In this document: one piece after another, positions 1 through 12,257 of the stretch
How positions within the stretch are numbered: position 1 is the first letter of the stretch
How the letters are laid out: the number at the start of each line of letters is the position of its first letter
NCBI RefSeq assembly: GCF_006345805.1
Contig: NC_043002.1
Location: 26,970,001-27,034,000 of the forward strand
Length of the DNA stretch: 64,000 bases
Direction of reading: 5' to 3'
From: Octopus sinensis
Lineage: Eukaryota
Notes under the pieces: model-generated
What the model was told of the DNA's origin: nothing
The model's database searches: none
What the model saw: only the letters and a program-made list of their open reading frames with translations
Made by a program: the position numbers and the translations under genes

Positions 1-1384
1 TTATTTTATCTTTTTATATATATTTATTGTATATATTCATGTTTAAATCTTATTTTATTTATATTTTTAAATGACATATCTTTTAATATTTTATGTATAT
101 ATGAATAAGCTGCTCCGTGTCGGACACCAGAATGATATCTAATCACTCTAAGGAGCATTTGGGTGTCGGTTTGGTGTCTTGAACAAGATAGCCTAACTCA
201 TGAGCAGGTAGAAACTCTTTAACCTTGGTTGGTAATCTACCTAGGAGAATGAAATCTCCAAAATAAAACCTGAGTCCCTGGAAGTGCCCGGTTTTGTCAA
301 TTCTCATGTCATACAGGCGAAAGTCTTCTTGGGCCAATAGGTGGTGGGGTGCAGTACATGCCACACCCACTGAAAATTATTCATCTGCACAGGTACTTCT
401 TGAACACTAAATCGTATTCAAATCATAAATATATAAATGAATAACGCTGAATATACAACTAAGGACACAACTAATTTCGTCTTTCGAAACTCACACATTT
501 TCATCCAACCGAGGATATTATAGAAAGTAATTGTTCAACAACCCACACCCAGTAGATCGAACTCAAAAGTGCTTAGTACTAGCGCAAGCCTCCTAAACAG
601 ACAGCTACTCTTACCTTAACATCGATTCAAAACTGTTTTATTATTTGTATGAAGCAGCCATTCAGAAGACCTTATACTTTTGAAGTGACTTTTATATTAT
701 CAACGATAAATATTTTTCTGGTTTATTTCAATCATATTTCTGAGTCGTTTCCTGTGATTATTTCATTTAGTTATTTGATTGAAGATTTTGTTTAATATTT
801 AAATACTTAATATCTTTTGAATCATTTCTTGGTAGATATCACTAAATTCTCTTTTAGATCTCGTCTTTTTTATACACTAGAAAATTTTATATCTTCAGCA
901 AGCTTTAATATTTTTGTTTTATTTTTCCACGGAAGTAACCCATGAATGGAACAGCTAACTACTACTCAAATATTATTTGCAAAAAACTATGAAAATATCT
1001 ATTATTTTATATAAATTAATTAGGAATATAATTATTTCAAAGGAATTCACGTATACAAATTATACCGACAAGATTAAAAGTATATATTTCAATTAACAGA
1101 TAATTATTTATGGATTTTAGGAAAGCAAAAATGAATATCGGATTTATGATTCTTTGGCAAGTGAGTTGGTCTGGGATTGTGTACGGAAACTAAATCAATT
1201 ACACCATGAAAGGGTCAGCAAACTGCTAATTATACACATATACTGATAAAGTGCATTATTAACGTTAATTAAAATATGTGATGGCAGAATACAAAACCTC
1301 TCTTCCCATCACTGGCTCTCTCGGTATGTATATATCTGTGTGTATATATATGTTTATATATACATACACATATATATATGTATG

Positions 1385-1426
<42 letters not shown>

Positions 1427-1548
1427 TATATATGATATATAAATATAAATGATATAATGTGCATGCGTATATATGCGTATGATTGTGTGTGTGATCACAC
1501 ACGTGTATGTGTTTGTGTGTGTTTGTGTGTGTGTTTGTGTGTGTGTGT

Positions 1549-1625
<77 letters not shown>

Positions 1626-2102
1626 GCGTGTGTGTAAATGAAAACCGAGCTAAGAGGCCAGTAACATCAATTTGATCACCTGCTACGGAGAACAAGTTGA
1701 AATGCCATGCAAATTAAATTCTCAATTCCCGAATGCCCTTCGTTTTAGCACAAAAGATGGTAATGAACATGCAACTCGCTTTTGCTAGATTAGTGATAGG
1801 ATTCCTAGAAAAAGAAAATCTATTTCCGATCATGTTTATTCCAAAACTGAAAAATAAAAAAAATTTGGATGATTGTTTCATACTTTGGAGCAGTAATATT
1901 TTATTCATTCACTTCTGTAATGAACAGGCATTTTTTTAAAAGATGATTTAATATAACAAAAAATATTTATCTTGTGTCTGGAGAGAGTCATTACTCTCAC
2001 TAGATACAACAAAATTTGTTTCAGCACACGAATGCACATAAAGGATCTTGCAAACCAGATACGAAAAAAGTAAAACAAATATTTAATTCAAATAATTTAT
2101 GT

Positions 2103-2186
<84 letters not shown>

Positions 2187-3044
2187 TTGTGTGTATGTGT
2201 GTGTGTGTGTGCCAGCGCGTGTGAGTGCTTGTGTACATACATCTTCGAGACTCTTTAACTGCTGTTATGCAGGGCTAGTGAGTTGAAAAATTCGTCGCAC
2301 GCAGCTACTTGATTTCGCAACCCTTAGTTTTCATTACTCGATAATTCATAAACATTCGATATCCTACCGATTTAGCTATGGAATTTTAATGTCATCCTCG
2401 AAAACTATGAGCGTTTAACATTGAATCTTGAGAACTTCGAATTAAAAGCAACGACTTATTTTAGTGGGCGGAACAGAGACAATTTAATGGACAACAGTAC
2501 TTCACGTGTCTTTATTTGATCGATTCCAGGAAGTTGAAAGCAAAGTCATCTTTGAGATATTTGATTAACGAATGTAAAAGATGTTAAATACCACAAGGCT
2601 TTGTGCTCACTGCTCCACCGAATCTTTCAATCCACAGCTCTTACTTGCGAAGTTAAATTGAGATATCTTCGGGAATCCCATTTCGTTATCAAACCATCAC
2701 ATTAAGGAATCATTTCATATGCGCCTTATCAAAATTTAATTCTATTAAACAGCTTGTTCCTCTATTTTCCATTCCGATAAATCCAGTGCCTCTTTTTATA
2801 AACTGTCTCCTGCTGTCTCTTGGAGATCTTGCTGGTAATTTTCATATTTCTCTCGATGGTGATGTTGTGGTTTTTGTGATGGTTGTAAAGATGGTATCGC
2901 TGGTTCCAGGGAGATAATACTAAATGTATTTTTTTAATCGGAAACTAGGACTACAATGCACCTCCCACGATGAAAATATTTGTCAAGTAAGTTCTAATAG
3001 TTTGCGTCATTCTATACGCTTGTTGGTTGACGTCAAACAGCATG

Positions 3045-3057
3045 ATTGTTGTTGTTG

Positions 3058-3121
<64 letters not shown>

Positions 3122-3372
3122 CATTATTACTATGCCTTTTGGTAATTGATATTTCAATCATGTCAACCTAGAATTAACGACACGATAAATTAAATTATCA
3201 ATACTTGACTCCTTTCCCAGAGTGCACACAAGAGATATTGATATCGATGTTTGTGCTTTATTTTTTTATTATTTTTGTTCCTGTTATTGGGGGTGCTTCT
3301 GTTTCTGGCCGATAATGAAAATAGTGGTAATGATGGTGAGAATGATGGTGATGATGATGATGATGGTGGTGG

Positions 3373-3423
<51 letters not shown>

Positions 3424-4169
3424 CGATGACGACGACGACGATGGCAATAGATGTAGCAGTAGGTGGTAGAGGTGGTTTTGATAGTGGTAGTAGGAATGAT
3501 GGGGGTAATGATAGAAATGGTGATCGTGACGTCTGTGGTAGGAATGGCAATGTGATAATAGTAGTGGTAATGTCTGTAAAAGAGATGGTAATGGTGATGT
3601 GGCACTGCACTGGTGGTGGTGGTGCTGGTGCTGGTAGTGTACCGTGACTGCCGTAGTGGTGGTTTCTATGTCAGAGATGATGATGTTGCGTTGATTGTGA
3701 TAGAAACGGAGACTGACAGCTATGTTGGTGGTGGTGCTGCTGCTGGTGACGGTTGAGATGTCATTGGTAACGGTATCGATATCAATGACGCTAATAACTT
3801 CCTCGATGACAGCGTTACTAGAGCTGGCGATGCTGAAGGTGATGCTAATAGCAGTGGTGTTGATAACAATATCCACACCGGTGGAGAGATGTTAGTATTG
3901 GTGGTAAAGGTGAAGTTGTTGGATCACCTTTGGTGTTGGTGGGGCTTTATGTTTGACACAAAATCGCTTTCAATTAGCTTGTAATTTACTGAATCGGATC
4001 TTTCTAGAATTATCCTCTACAAATAATGTCTATATTTTCCCCTTATACACCTACCTAGCCATCCACATACATATCTATCTACTTAGCTAGCTATCTACCT
4101 ACATACTTACTTACCTACCAACCTACCTACCTATCTACCATCTATCTATCTGTCGATCGATCGATCTAT

Positions 4170-4231
<62 letters not shown>

Positions 4232-4990
4232 ATCTATCTTTCTTTCTATCTATCTATCTATCTATGTATTTATTTATTTATCTATCTATCTATTCAGCTT
4301 CCTTCGATCAATGTCCCGTGTTTCCTCCCTTGGTTTCCCTGATTTCTCTCTCCTCTCCTCTTGTCTTTATTTCCACCCTTTTCTCGTCTCTCCTTTTCTT
4401 CTCACTAGCCATTTCACATTTTCTCTCCTTTCTCTTTCTCTCAACCTCTATATTTTTCTCTGCTTTTTCCCATCTCTCGCCCTCTCTAGTTCTCTTCTCT
4501 TCTCTTTTCTATTTTCTACCTTCTTCCTCTATCTCCTTCCCTTTTCTCCCTGCTTTTCCCTTTCCCTTCTCAATATCCTCCGTCTTTACCCCGTTCCCTC
4601 GCTCTCACCCACCCTCCCTCTATTATCCCCCCTTCCTTTACCTCACATTCTCAACCTAATTTTCCCTCTACCCCTTCTCTTTAATCTATTTCACCCTCTT
4701 TTGCCACTTCTCTCACCAGTTCAACTGCTTCTTTCTCACCCATTCAAACCCTCTCTATTTTCACTTTCTCTCTTTCTTTCTTCCTTTCTTTCTTTCTTCC
4801 TTTCTTTCTTTCTTTCTTCCTTTCTTTCTTTCTTCCTTTCTTTCTTTCTTTCATTCTTTCCCACTCTCACTTTTTCATCCTCATTTCTCGTCTCTCACCC
4901 TCTACACTTTCTCCTTTTCTCTCACTCCCATTTGGATTGTTGCTCTTTCCTATTCTTATTTCTCACCATTTCTCTGTTCTATTTTTAGCA
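3045..4990. repeat. Compound simple-repeat block: (TTG)n(TTA)n, (GAT)n, (CTAT)n and a ~680-bp polypyrimidine tract with (CTTT)n
   Basis: Read directly. It explains the poly-Y/I/D/M/S/F ORFs in the track. Confidence 0.95.
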
Positions 4991-5789
4991 TTAAAACGAA
5001 TTCATTAGACTACTACTTATTTATGTAGGTTTCCATCGAGGTTTTGCACTTTCCTCAGTTTATGATAACGTTATTTGACTTCAAAATAAAATCAACTTAA
5101 TTAATCCCTGCGGCTACGAAAACGCAAAAGAATTTTAAAAGAATACAGATTTTCAATTAAATTATTCCTTTCACTACATTTTTTTAATTCCAAGTGTTCC
5201 TCTTCAGATACGATATTTTTATATTTTGTTTTATGTTGTTTATTTATTCGGTTGTTGTTATACTGTATGATTATGTTTTTATATTATTTTCTTTTGTCAG
5301 TGAAATTGCTGAATTTCGTGTGTATGAGGCTGTGTTAAATTCTTGTTGTTGTAGTTGTCTTGCCCTAACATTGATCAAGCAGGCCTGTGATGAAAGACAG
5401 AAGTGTCGTAAGCATCCTGTCTTTTATTCAGATGCGGTACCAGGTCAACCTACACAGAAGAGATCTATAACCAGTGGAATTTCAATAATCATAAAACCTT
5501 TGTTGAAAGAGTTATCAGACGCTACATTATCTAATGCCCGAATCTCAATTTTTTAAGGAATTTTATTTGAAAGAAATCACGCTGTTATTTTTAGATTGTA
5601 AGACCGTTTAGAGGTTCCTCATTTATTCGCTATTGTTTGTAGTGTATTAGTTGTTCAATTTCATGCTGATCTTGTGTGTAAACATGCGTTAGTCTTGATC
5701 GAGCAAACCTATGGCCAAATCCATCTTTACGAATTCAATGGCTACTTTGTAAAAAATACCCTATAGAGTAGTGTGTGATTTGAATGTGT

Positions 5790-6680
5790 AGTGTGTAATT
5801 TGTAATCTATTTAGCAACTATCTCTAGCGGTTGATGTAACCATGAGAAGGCCCTCTTGTTAAGCTCGTTGTTGAAAGTAGGATTGTGATAAGAATGAATT
5901 ATGAAGTTAAGTTCCAGCGTAACTCTGCTTAAGCAGTGATTCCAAAAGTGACCATACAGTCATATTTCTTGAGACAAAGTCTTTGACAAAAAATTTGAAT
6001 GGGTACTTCCTAAAACAAGACGATTATATACGGTTAGGTTGTTACATATATCGGGTTGACTTATTCCATCTCTTCTCCCATATTAAAAATTATTACTCCT
6101 TATTTTTATTGTTTAGGCCCAATAGACGAAACTTATGATAAAATAGCTTTCCATCCACATCCCACCTCATTTCTTTAGATATTTTAAAATCTGGGCCACA
6201 TTATCCAATGTCTGGTGGGATTTAAGAGAGATTGAGCTGCTATTTCTAGTAGGTTGGACTAGCACTTAAAGGTCCTTTAATTGCTCGATTTTTGTTTTTG
6301 TGTAGTCACAGATCATCTCTGACTGAGAAGACTTATGGCTAAAGGGGTTTCAAGTGATATCACCCCACTCTTGTTTTAGAGGTATCCGATAATACCCAAT
6401 GCAATATGTCTCCCATTTTAAGATTGCATGTGTGATTTGAGGGAGACGACATTGCTGTTTCTTGCAGGTCTAGCTAGGGGCTCTTTCGATAATTCATTGC
6501 TATCGTTTCCACCTTTGTCAGATTTGATAAGCAATCAAGCCGTGACCATCACGTTTTAGAGGCATATGACTATATTTTCTATGTATTGTCCTATATAAAA
6601 CCGATAGTGTGATTTTAGAGAGAGTTGGTTGCTATTTCTAGTAAGGCGAGGTACAACGTAGAGGCGTCACCTATTTATAT
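5790..6680. repeat. Cluster of degenerate repeat units sharing a GCTATTTCTAG-like core
   Basis: Related cores near 5815, 6238, 6454 and 6631, each preceded by GATTTGAG/AGAGAG-like sequence. Confidence 0.4.
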
Positions 6681-6887
6681 GCAATCGTAGTAAAATACTT
6701 GGGAGAATATTTTACAGATGAAACCAAATAGGAAGGAGAAATGTCATAGTTTCGGCAAATATTATTCGAAAACACTTGAAATGTAGTGACAAGATTTTAA
6801 AAAAATATATCTATTGATTTTGCTTTGCATGGGAAAGGAATGAAAATTAATCCTCTTCAATCAAGCTCTTTCGTGACTTAATAATAA

Positions 6888-6891
6888 TAGC

Positions 6892-6930
<39 letters not shown>

Positions 6931-6975
6931 TATAATAATAATAATAATAATGATAATAATAATAATAATAATAAC

Positions 6976-7047
<72 letters not shown>

Positions 7048-7412
7048 GAAATCCAAAACTATCAGAACTAGAAAAAATTGTTCTCATGGGTATAGCCTAC
7101 ATCCTAAGGAAAACTATCAACCTGTGAATATTTATATCTCGTAATTTTTTTTTTAATCGCAAAAAGAGTAACAAAATGTTACTGAAATCTTATGTTTCAG
7201 AATTTGGTCTCGTTTTGCAGAAATATATCATTGCTACTCATAAATAACCTCAATAAAGCGTCCATCCAGCCGTAACTTGAGGTCCTGGGACTTGGAACAG
7301 CTCATATATAAGGGTGTAATAACTACAAGAAGAAGAAGAAGAAGAAGAAGAAGAAGAAGAAGAAGAAGAAGAAGAAGAAGAAGAAGAAGAAGAAGAAGAA
7401 GAAGAAGAAGAA
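6888..7412. repeat. (TAA)n at 6888-7046 and (GAA)n at 7330-7412
   Basis: Read directly. Confidence 0.95.
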
Positions 7413-8175
7413 AATGATAAGATAAGGTCGCGGGAGTTCTGTTTGACGCAGGTGCATCAATGAAGTGACATTTTAGAATGACAGTTTAGAATTTGTGTGT
7501 GGATTGCATAAAAGATGACTGATGTGAGATCATGAGATAAAACGTGTATTTTGTGTACAAAATACATAAATACGTACAGACGCAGTCTTCTTGATATTTT
7601 GAACGCTGCGCAATCAAACCTAAAGACCTAGGATCAAGTTCACCAAATTCTCACGTAACTTTTCTCCAATATACAGTACATGCATATAGCTTGTCCATTT
7701 ACCTTTATCCGTCACACATCTTTTGACGAATTCATAGGAAAGGATCATGTACCCGTCGGCCTTAACTTTTCTTTCTGGGAAAAGTATATGAGGATTTGAC
7801 CAAAAAGTGAAGAATTCGAGACCTCCACAATATTCTTCCCCCATACACACTAGTCAGAGGAACAAGTACTGCTCCATCTAGTGGACAGGTTGGTGATCGC
7901 CATGATGAACCTAGCCGATAGTCAGAGACTATTCACACAAGACAATACTTGTTCTATATAACTCCATAAATCAAAAAATGATCGAACCGTTCATCTCAAG
8001 TTACTTTTTTTCATATTGTCTTTTTTCTTGTTTTACCTTACCCTTTATATATTCAAACACCACTGCATATCTCACTAATTTTTTTCTGTACCACTGTTGT
8101 ACGATAATTATTCTTTCTCCAAAAATAATGATACATTAAAGAGCGGTCTTTTATGAGTACCACCTGATTAGTTAA

Positions 8176-8284
<109 letters not shown>

Positions 8285-8288
8285 TATG

Positions 8289-8320
<32 letters not shown>

Positions 8321-8504
8321 ATTCAGAGAAGAATACGTTCAAACACAAAAGAGATACCCTAAAAATAGGACATCTGACTCGCTAGCACTAAATATATAAA
8401 TTGCCGATTTTCATCCAGAATTAGCCAAAAAATATTTTGTCATTAATTAAAATCTTAGGGTAGCAAGAATATTCATTAAAAAATTCTTAGTTACCAGTGG
8501 TCTA

Positions 8505-8899
8505 GCGAGAAAGAAAAAATTAGTCAATAGATTATATTTTATTCAGAGAAGAATACAGTGTACGTTCGAACACAAAAGAGACACCCGAAGAATAGGATAT
8601 CTGACTCGCTAGAAAGAGCAGTTAAAACTGCAAGCCACCAATCGTTGTAATTCCGAAAGTGATTGAAAAAGAAAAACTTTTACCTTAATCCTAGACCCTG
8701 CAAGTCTTGGCAACCTACTGAGGACGCAGCGCCAGATATAGACTGAAATTATTTTATTTCAATCTCTAAATAAGTCTGCAGAAACCTTTCTAGCGAGTCA
8801 GATATCCATCCTATTCTTCGGATATCTCTTTTTTGTTTGAACGTGCACTGTATTCTTCTCTGAATAATATATAGTCTACTAACTAATTTTTCTTTCTCG
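8505..8899. repeat. Foldback element with ~115-bp inverted arms
   Basis: 8505-8616 and 8777-8899 are reverse complements with scattered differences. There is a third partial direct copy at 8321-8385 and a related fragment at ~63925-63985. Confidence 0.85.
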
Positions 8900-9782
8900 C
8901 CACAGAAACCACGAAACAGTTCTCAAAATATTATAGGCTTTGGTCTTTCTGAAATATATATATAGAGAGAGATACTTTTATTCTTTTATTCTTTTACTTA
9001 TTTCATTCAGTCATTTGACTGAATAAGGAACAACAAGTAGGCAGGTGTACTACTTTCACGCTCGGAAACAATGGGCACGTCTTTGAATTTTTGAGCCACT
9101 GCTCTTCGACAGAAAAGATTAGAAGTAAAAAAACGGTGAGAGAATGATAAGATGTTGAGGGGTAAACATAGAGAGATTAATGTTTCAACATATATGTGTG
9201 CATGTGTGTGTATGCATATTTATGTATGTATGTATGTATGTATGTATGTATGTATGTATGTATGTATGTATGTATGTATGTATGTATGTATGTATATATA
9301 TACGTATGTATGTTTAAGTGTGTGTGCATGTGTGTGTGAGTGTGCTTGTGTGATATCCAATGGTTCCATAATGCTAACCTTTGATCATAGGCGAAATATG
9401 CTATTGAATACTGTTAAGTAGTGTAGAATAACACTATTTATATAAAATAGAATTTCGACAATTTTCTCGTTTGTAATCCTCAGGTGATTCTGAAGAAGGT
9501 ATTGCTATGTAAGTATTAGGTGCCTGTGGTCATGTTTGAGTGTGTGTTTCTAGGCGCGTGCTGCTGACTAATTGTATGTGTGTATTTTGTGTGCGTATCT
9601 GCGCATTGTTGGGACAATATATATATATATATATTTATGTAGTGTGTATGTGTGTGTGTGTATGTAACTCAAGGGTCAAAAGTTTAGTGCATTAGCACTT
9701 ATTTGATAAGTCTGATCGGTTCTAACGCATTAAACTCTCGGCCTGTGCGTTCGTCTCCTCCTTCTGCTAAATATTAATATTA

Positions 9783-9820
<38 letters not shown>

Positions 9821-9826
<6 letters not shown>

Positions 9827-10073
9827 CGTCCACTCGTGACCGAGGAAGACCATTGCCGACCTTCAGGAACATTGTGCGCTCTAGGACTAACTTATATTTT
9901 GCATTTGGGATGGAGGCTTGGGTCAATGTTGGTGGTGACATGGCAGGACCCATTCCTGTAGAGAATGGTGTTAAGCAGGGTGACATCCTTGCCCCAACTC
10001 TCTTTTCTTTGTACTTTGCTGCTACTTTTACTCATGCTTTTGCTAAGGTTAGCTCTCTGGGAATATATGTCAG

Positions 10074-10075
<2 letters not shown>
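9821..10075. mobile_element. RTE-clade LINE fragment, probably internally inverted
   Basis: Plus strand 9889-10075 reads GMEAWVNVGG...PIPVENGVKQGDILAPTLFSLYF...GIYVRY (RTE RT). 9821-9888 looks like a minus-strand 3' end running into (AT)n. Confidence 0.75.
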
Positions 10076-10167
<92 letters not shown>

Positions 10168-10429
10168 GTGTGTATGTGTGTGTGAGTGTATGCGTGTATG
10201 TGCGTTGTGTGTGTTTATACAGAGTGCGTTAGTTTTTTTCTTGTTTAGAACATTGATATGAATTTAGAAAAGGACACATAGCTGATCAAAATAAAGCTGT
10301 ATTTGAAACCCAACTCGTACAGATAATGTTAGCAATCATTTTAACACACCTATTCAATATATTCACCGTCATTGTTAATGGTCAGAAACGTTGAGATGAT
10401 CATATACATATAAATATGGTCATTCAATA

Positions 10430-10622
10430 TAACACCGCGTGTATATCGTTGGCGTTTTCTCTCACCTTCTTCACTTCCTTGGACATTTCCTTTTTCTATG
10501 TTTCTGACAAAGAGCTCCGCTCGAAACGTTAAATCCTCCTTCTTTATTTTCTTTCCTGAGCGTCCAATAACACTATACTTGTTCCACGTCCTCGCGTTGT
10601 TCTGTTTTCATGTTTGGATTAA
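10430..10622 (+). mobile_element. Solo Penelope pseudo-LTR tail with minimal hammerhead motif
   Basis: TTT-CTGACAA-A-GAG-CTCCG-CTC-GAAAC-GTT-AAA at 10501-10533. The downstream TTTCCTGAGCGTCCAATAACACTATAC resembles the tails at 34540 and 60000. Ends in (TA)n. Confidence 0.7.
10501..10534 (+). ncRNA. Minimal type I hammerhead ribozyme motif, core mutated (G8>A)
   Basis: Stem I TTT/AAA, core CUGAcAA (canonical CUGANGA), 3-bp stem II, GAAAC, GUU triplet, palindromic ACGU in place of a stem III loop. This architecture is known from Penelope-element hammerheads. Confidence 0.55.
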
Positions 10623-11770
10623 CTATATATATATATATATATTATATATATGCAGCTTTTAAAAGAACTGACAGGAAACTCCTTATGGCATGAAGTGACT
10701 AGAACACATTCTTGACGGAAATAGTAGTTATGTGTAAGTTAAAACACCAATAGGCAGAAACATTAAATACGCCTCGAGTAACCGACGAATATTACAGTAT
10801 ACTGAACTGAATAAATTATACAAATTAATTTCATGTCTGTTGGAGATATTCTGTGTGTGATCCCTGAAATATTTTATTCTCTGCGTGGTCCTAACACTTT
10901 TAATGCAATATGTTTAACTACACTGGACTCGGACAAGGACACTTTCGAAGGACGATCAATCTGCATCTATGATAACAAGCTGGTGATGGCGAACTACTGC
11001 AAACATAGTCATTTATAGCTTATGTACTTAGAAAAATGTGACAAAGTAAACTCCGAGAGAGCAAAATGAATTACAAACCCTTACGTCATTAGCTATAGAC
11101 AAATATATAATAAAATTTTGCCAAGAATGTCAAAAGACGAATAAATGAAATATAATATTATTACGGCTTAATATTGAAAGCAGAGACAAATATGAAGCAT
11201 AAGTTAAAGACAGCAATACTGAAGCTGTTTCGAGTAGAAAATCACGAAAAATAATGCTTGCATTTAAATACCCAATTCAAAATCTGACATAGAAATACTG
11301 TTTACCAAGAATAAAAAAATTAAAAAAAAGGATTCCTGCAACTAGATATGTATAAAATAAGTATGAAATATCTAGAATAGAAATTTTTGAAAATTCTAAA
11401 TAAAGAGTGATAGAAATTTAATAAAAGATAGTGATAAACCACTTTAAAAAATACAAAATTTACTTTCTGCCTTCAAGGAATACAGCAAACAATTACGATA
11501 AATAAGAACAGTGATTGTAAAAAACTTAAACTGTAACATTAGAATGGGGTTGCAGAACGGCAGGATAAAAGAAAAAAAAAATGTCTGCAACGAAGTTGAC
11601 TCGGCCATTCTTTCAAAACATTGAACAAGAGAGAAAAATCACTGCCTTCCACACATATGAAGAGTAATTTCAATACAATAAGAAATACAAACCCATAATT
11701 AATATCGCTCCGGGGCAGATACAACCGCTTTTGTTGGGACAAACAATGCACTGTAAGAAAGAGATGATTA

Positions 11771-12257
<487 letters not shown>

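Noticed and set aside
143-370. 75-aa minus-strand ORF with a TTTTCAG acceptor-like site just upstream
   Set aside because: No recognisable domain and no partner exons. The segment CTCCTAGGTAGATTACCAACCAAGGTTAAAGAG resembles LINE 5'-UTR repeat sequence as I recall it. BLASTX and RNA-seq would settle it.
7620-7850. 76-aa minus-strand ORF with possible AG/GT boundaries
   Set aside because: No motif or homology I can recognise. Compatible with chance in unique sequence.
11000-11700. Faint Penelope-like echoes in A-rich sequence
   Set aside because: Too decayed to support without profile searches.
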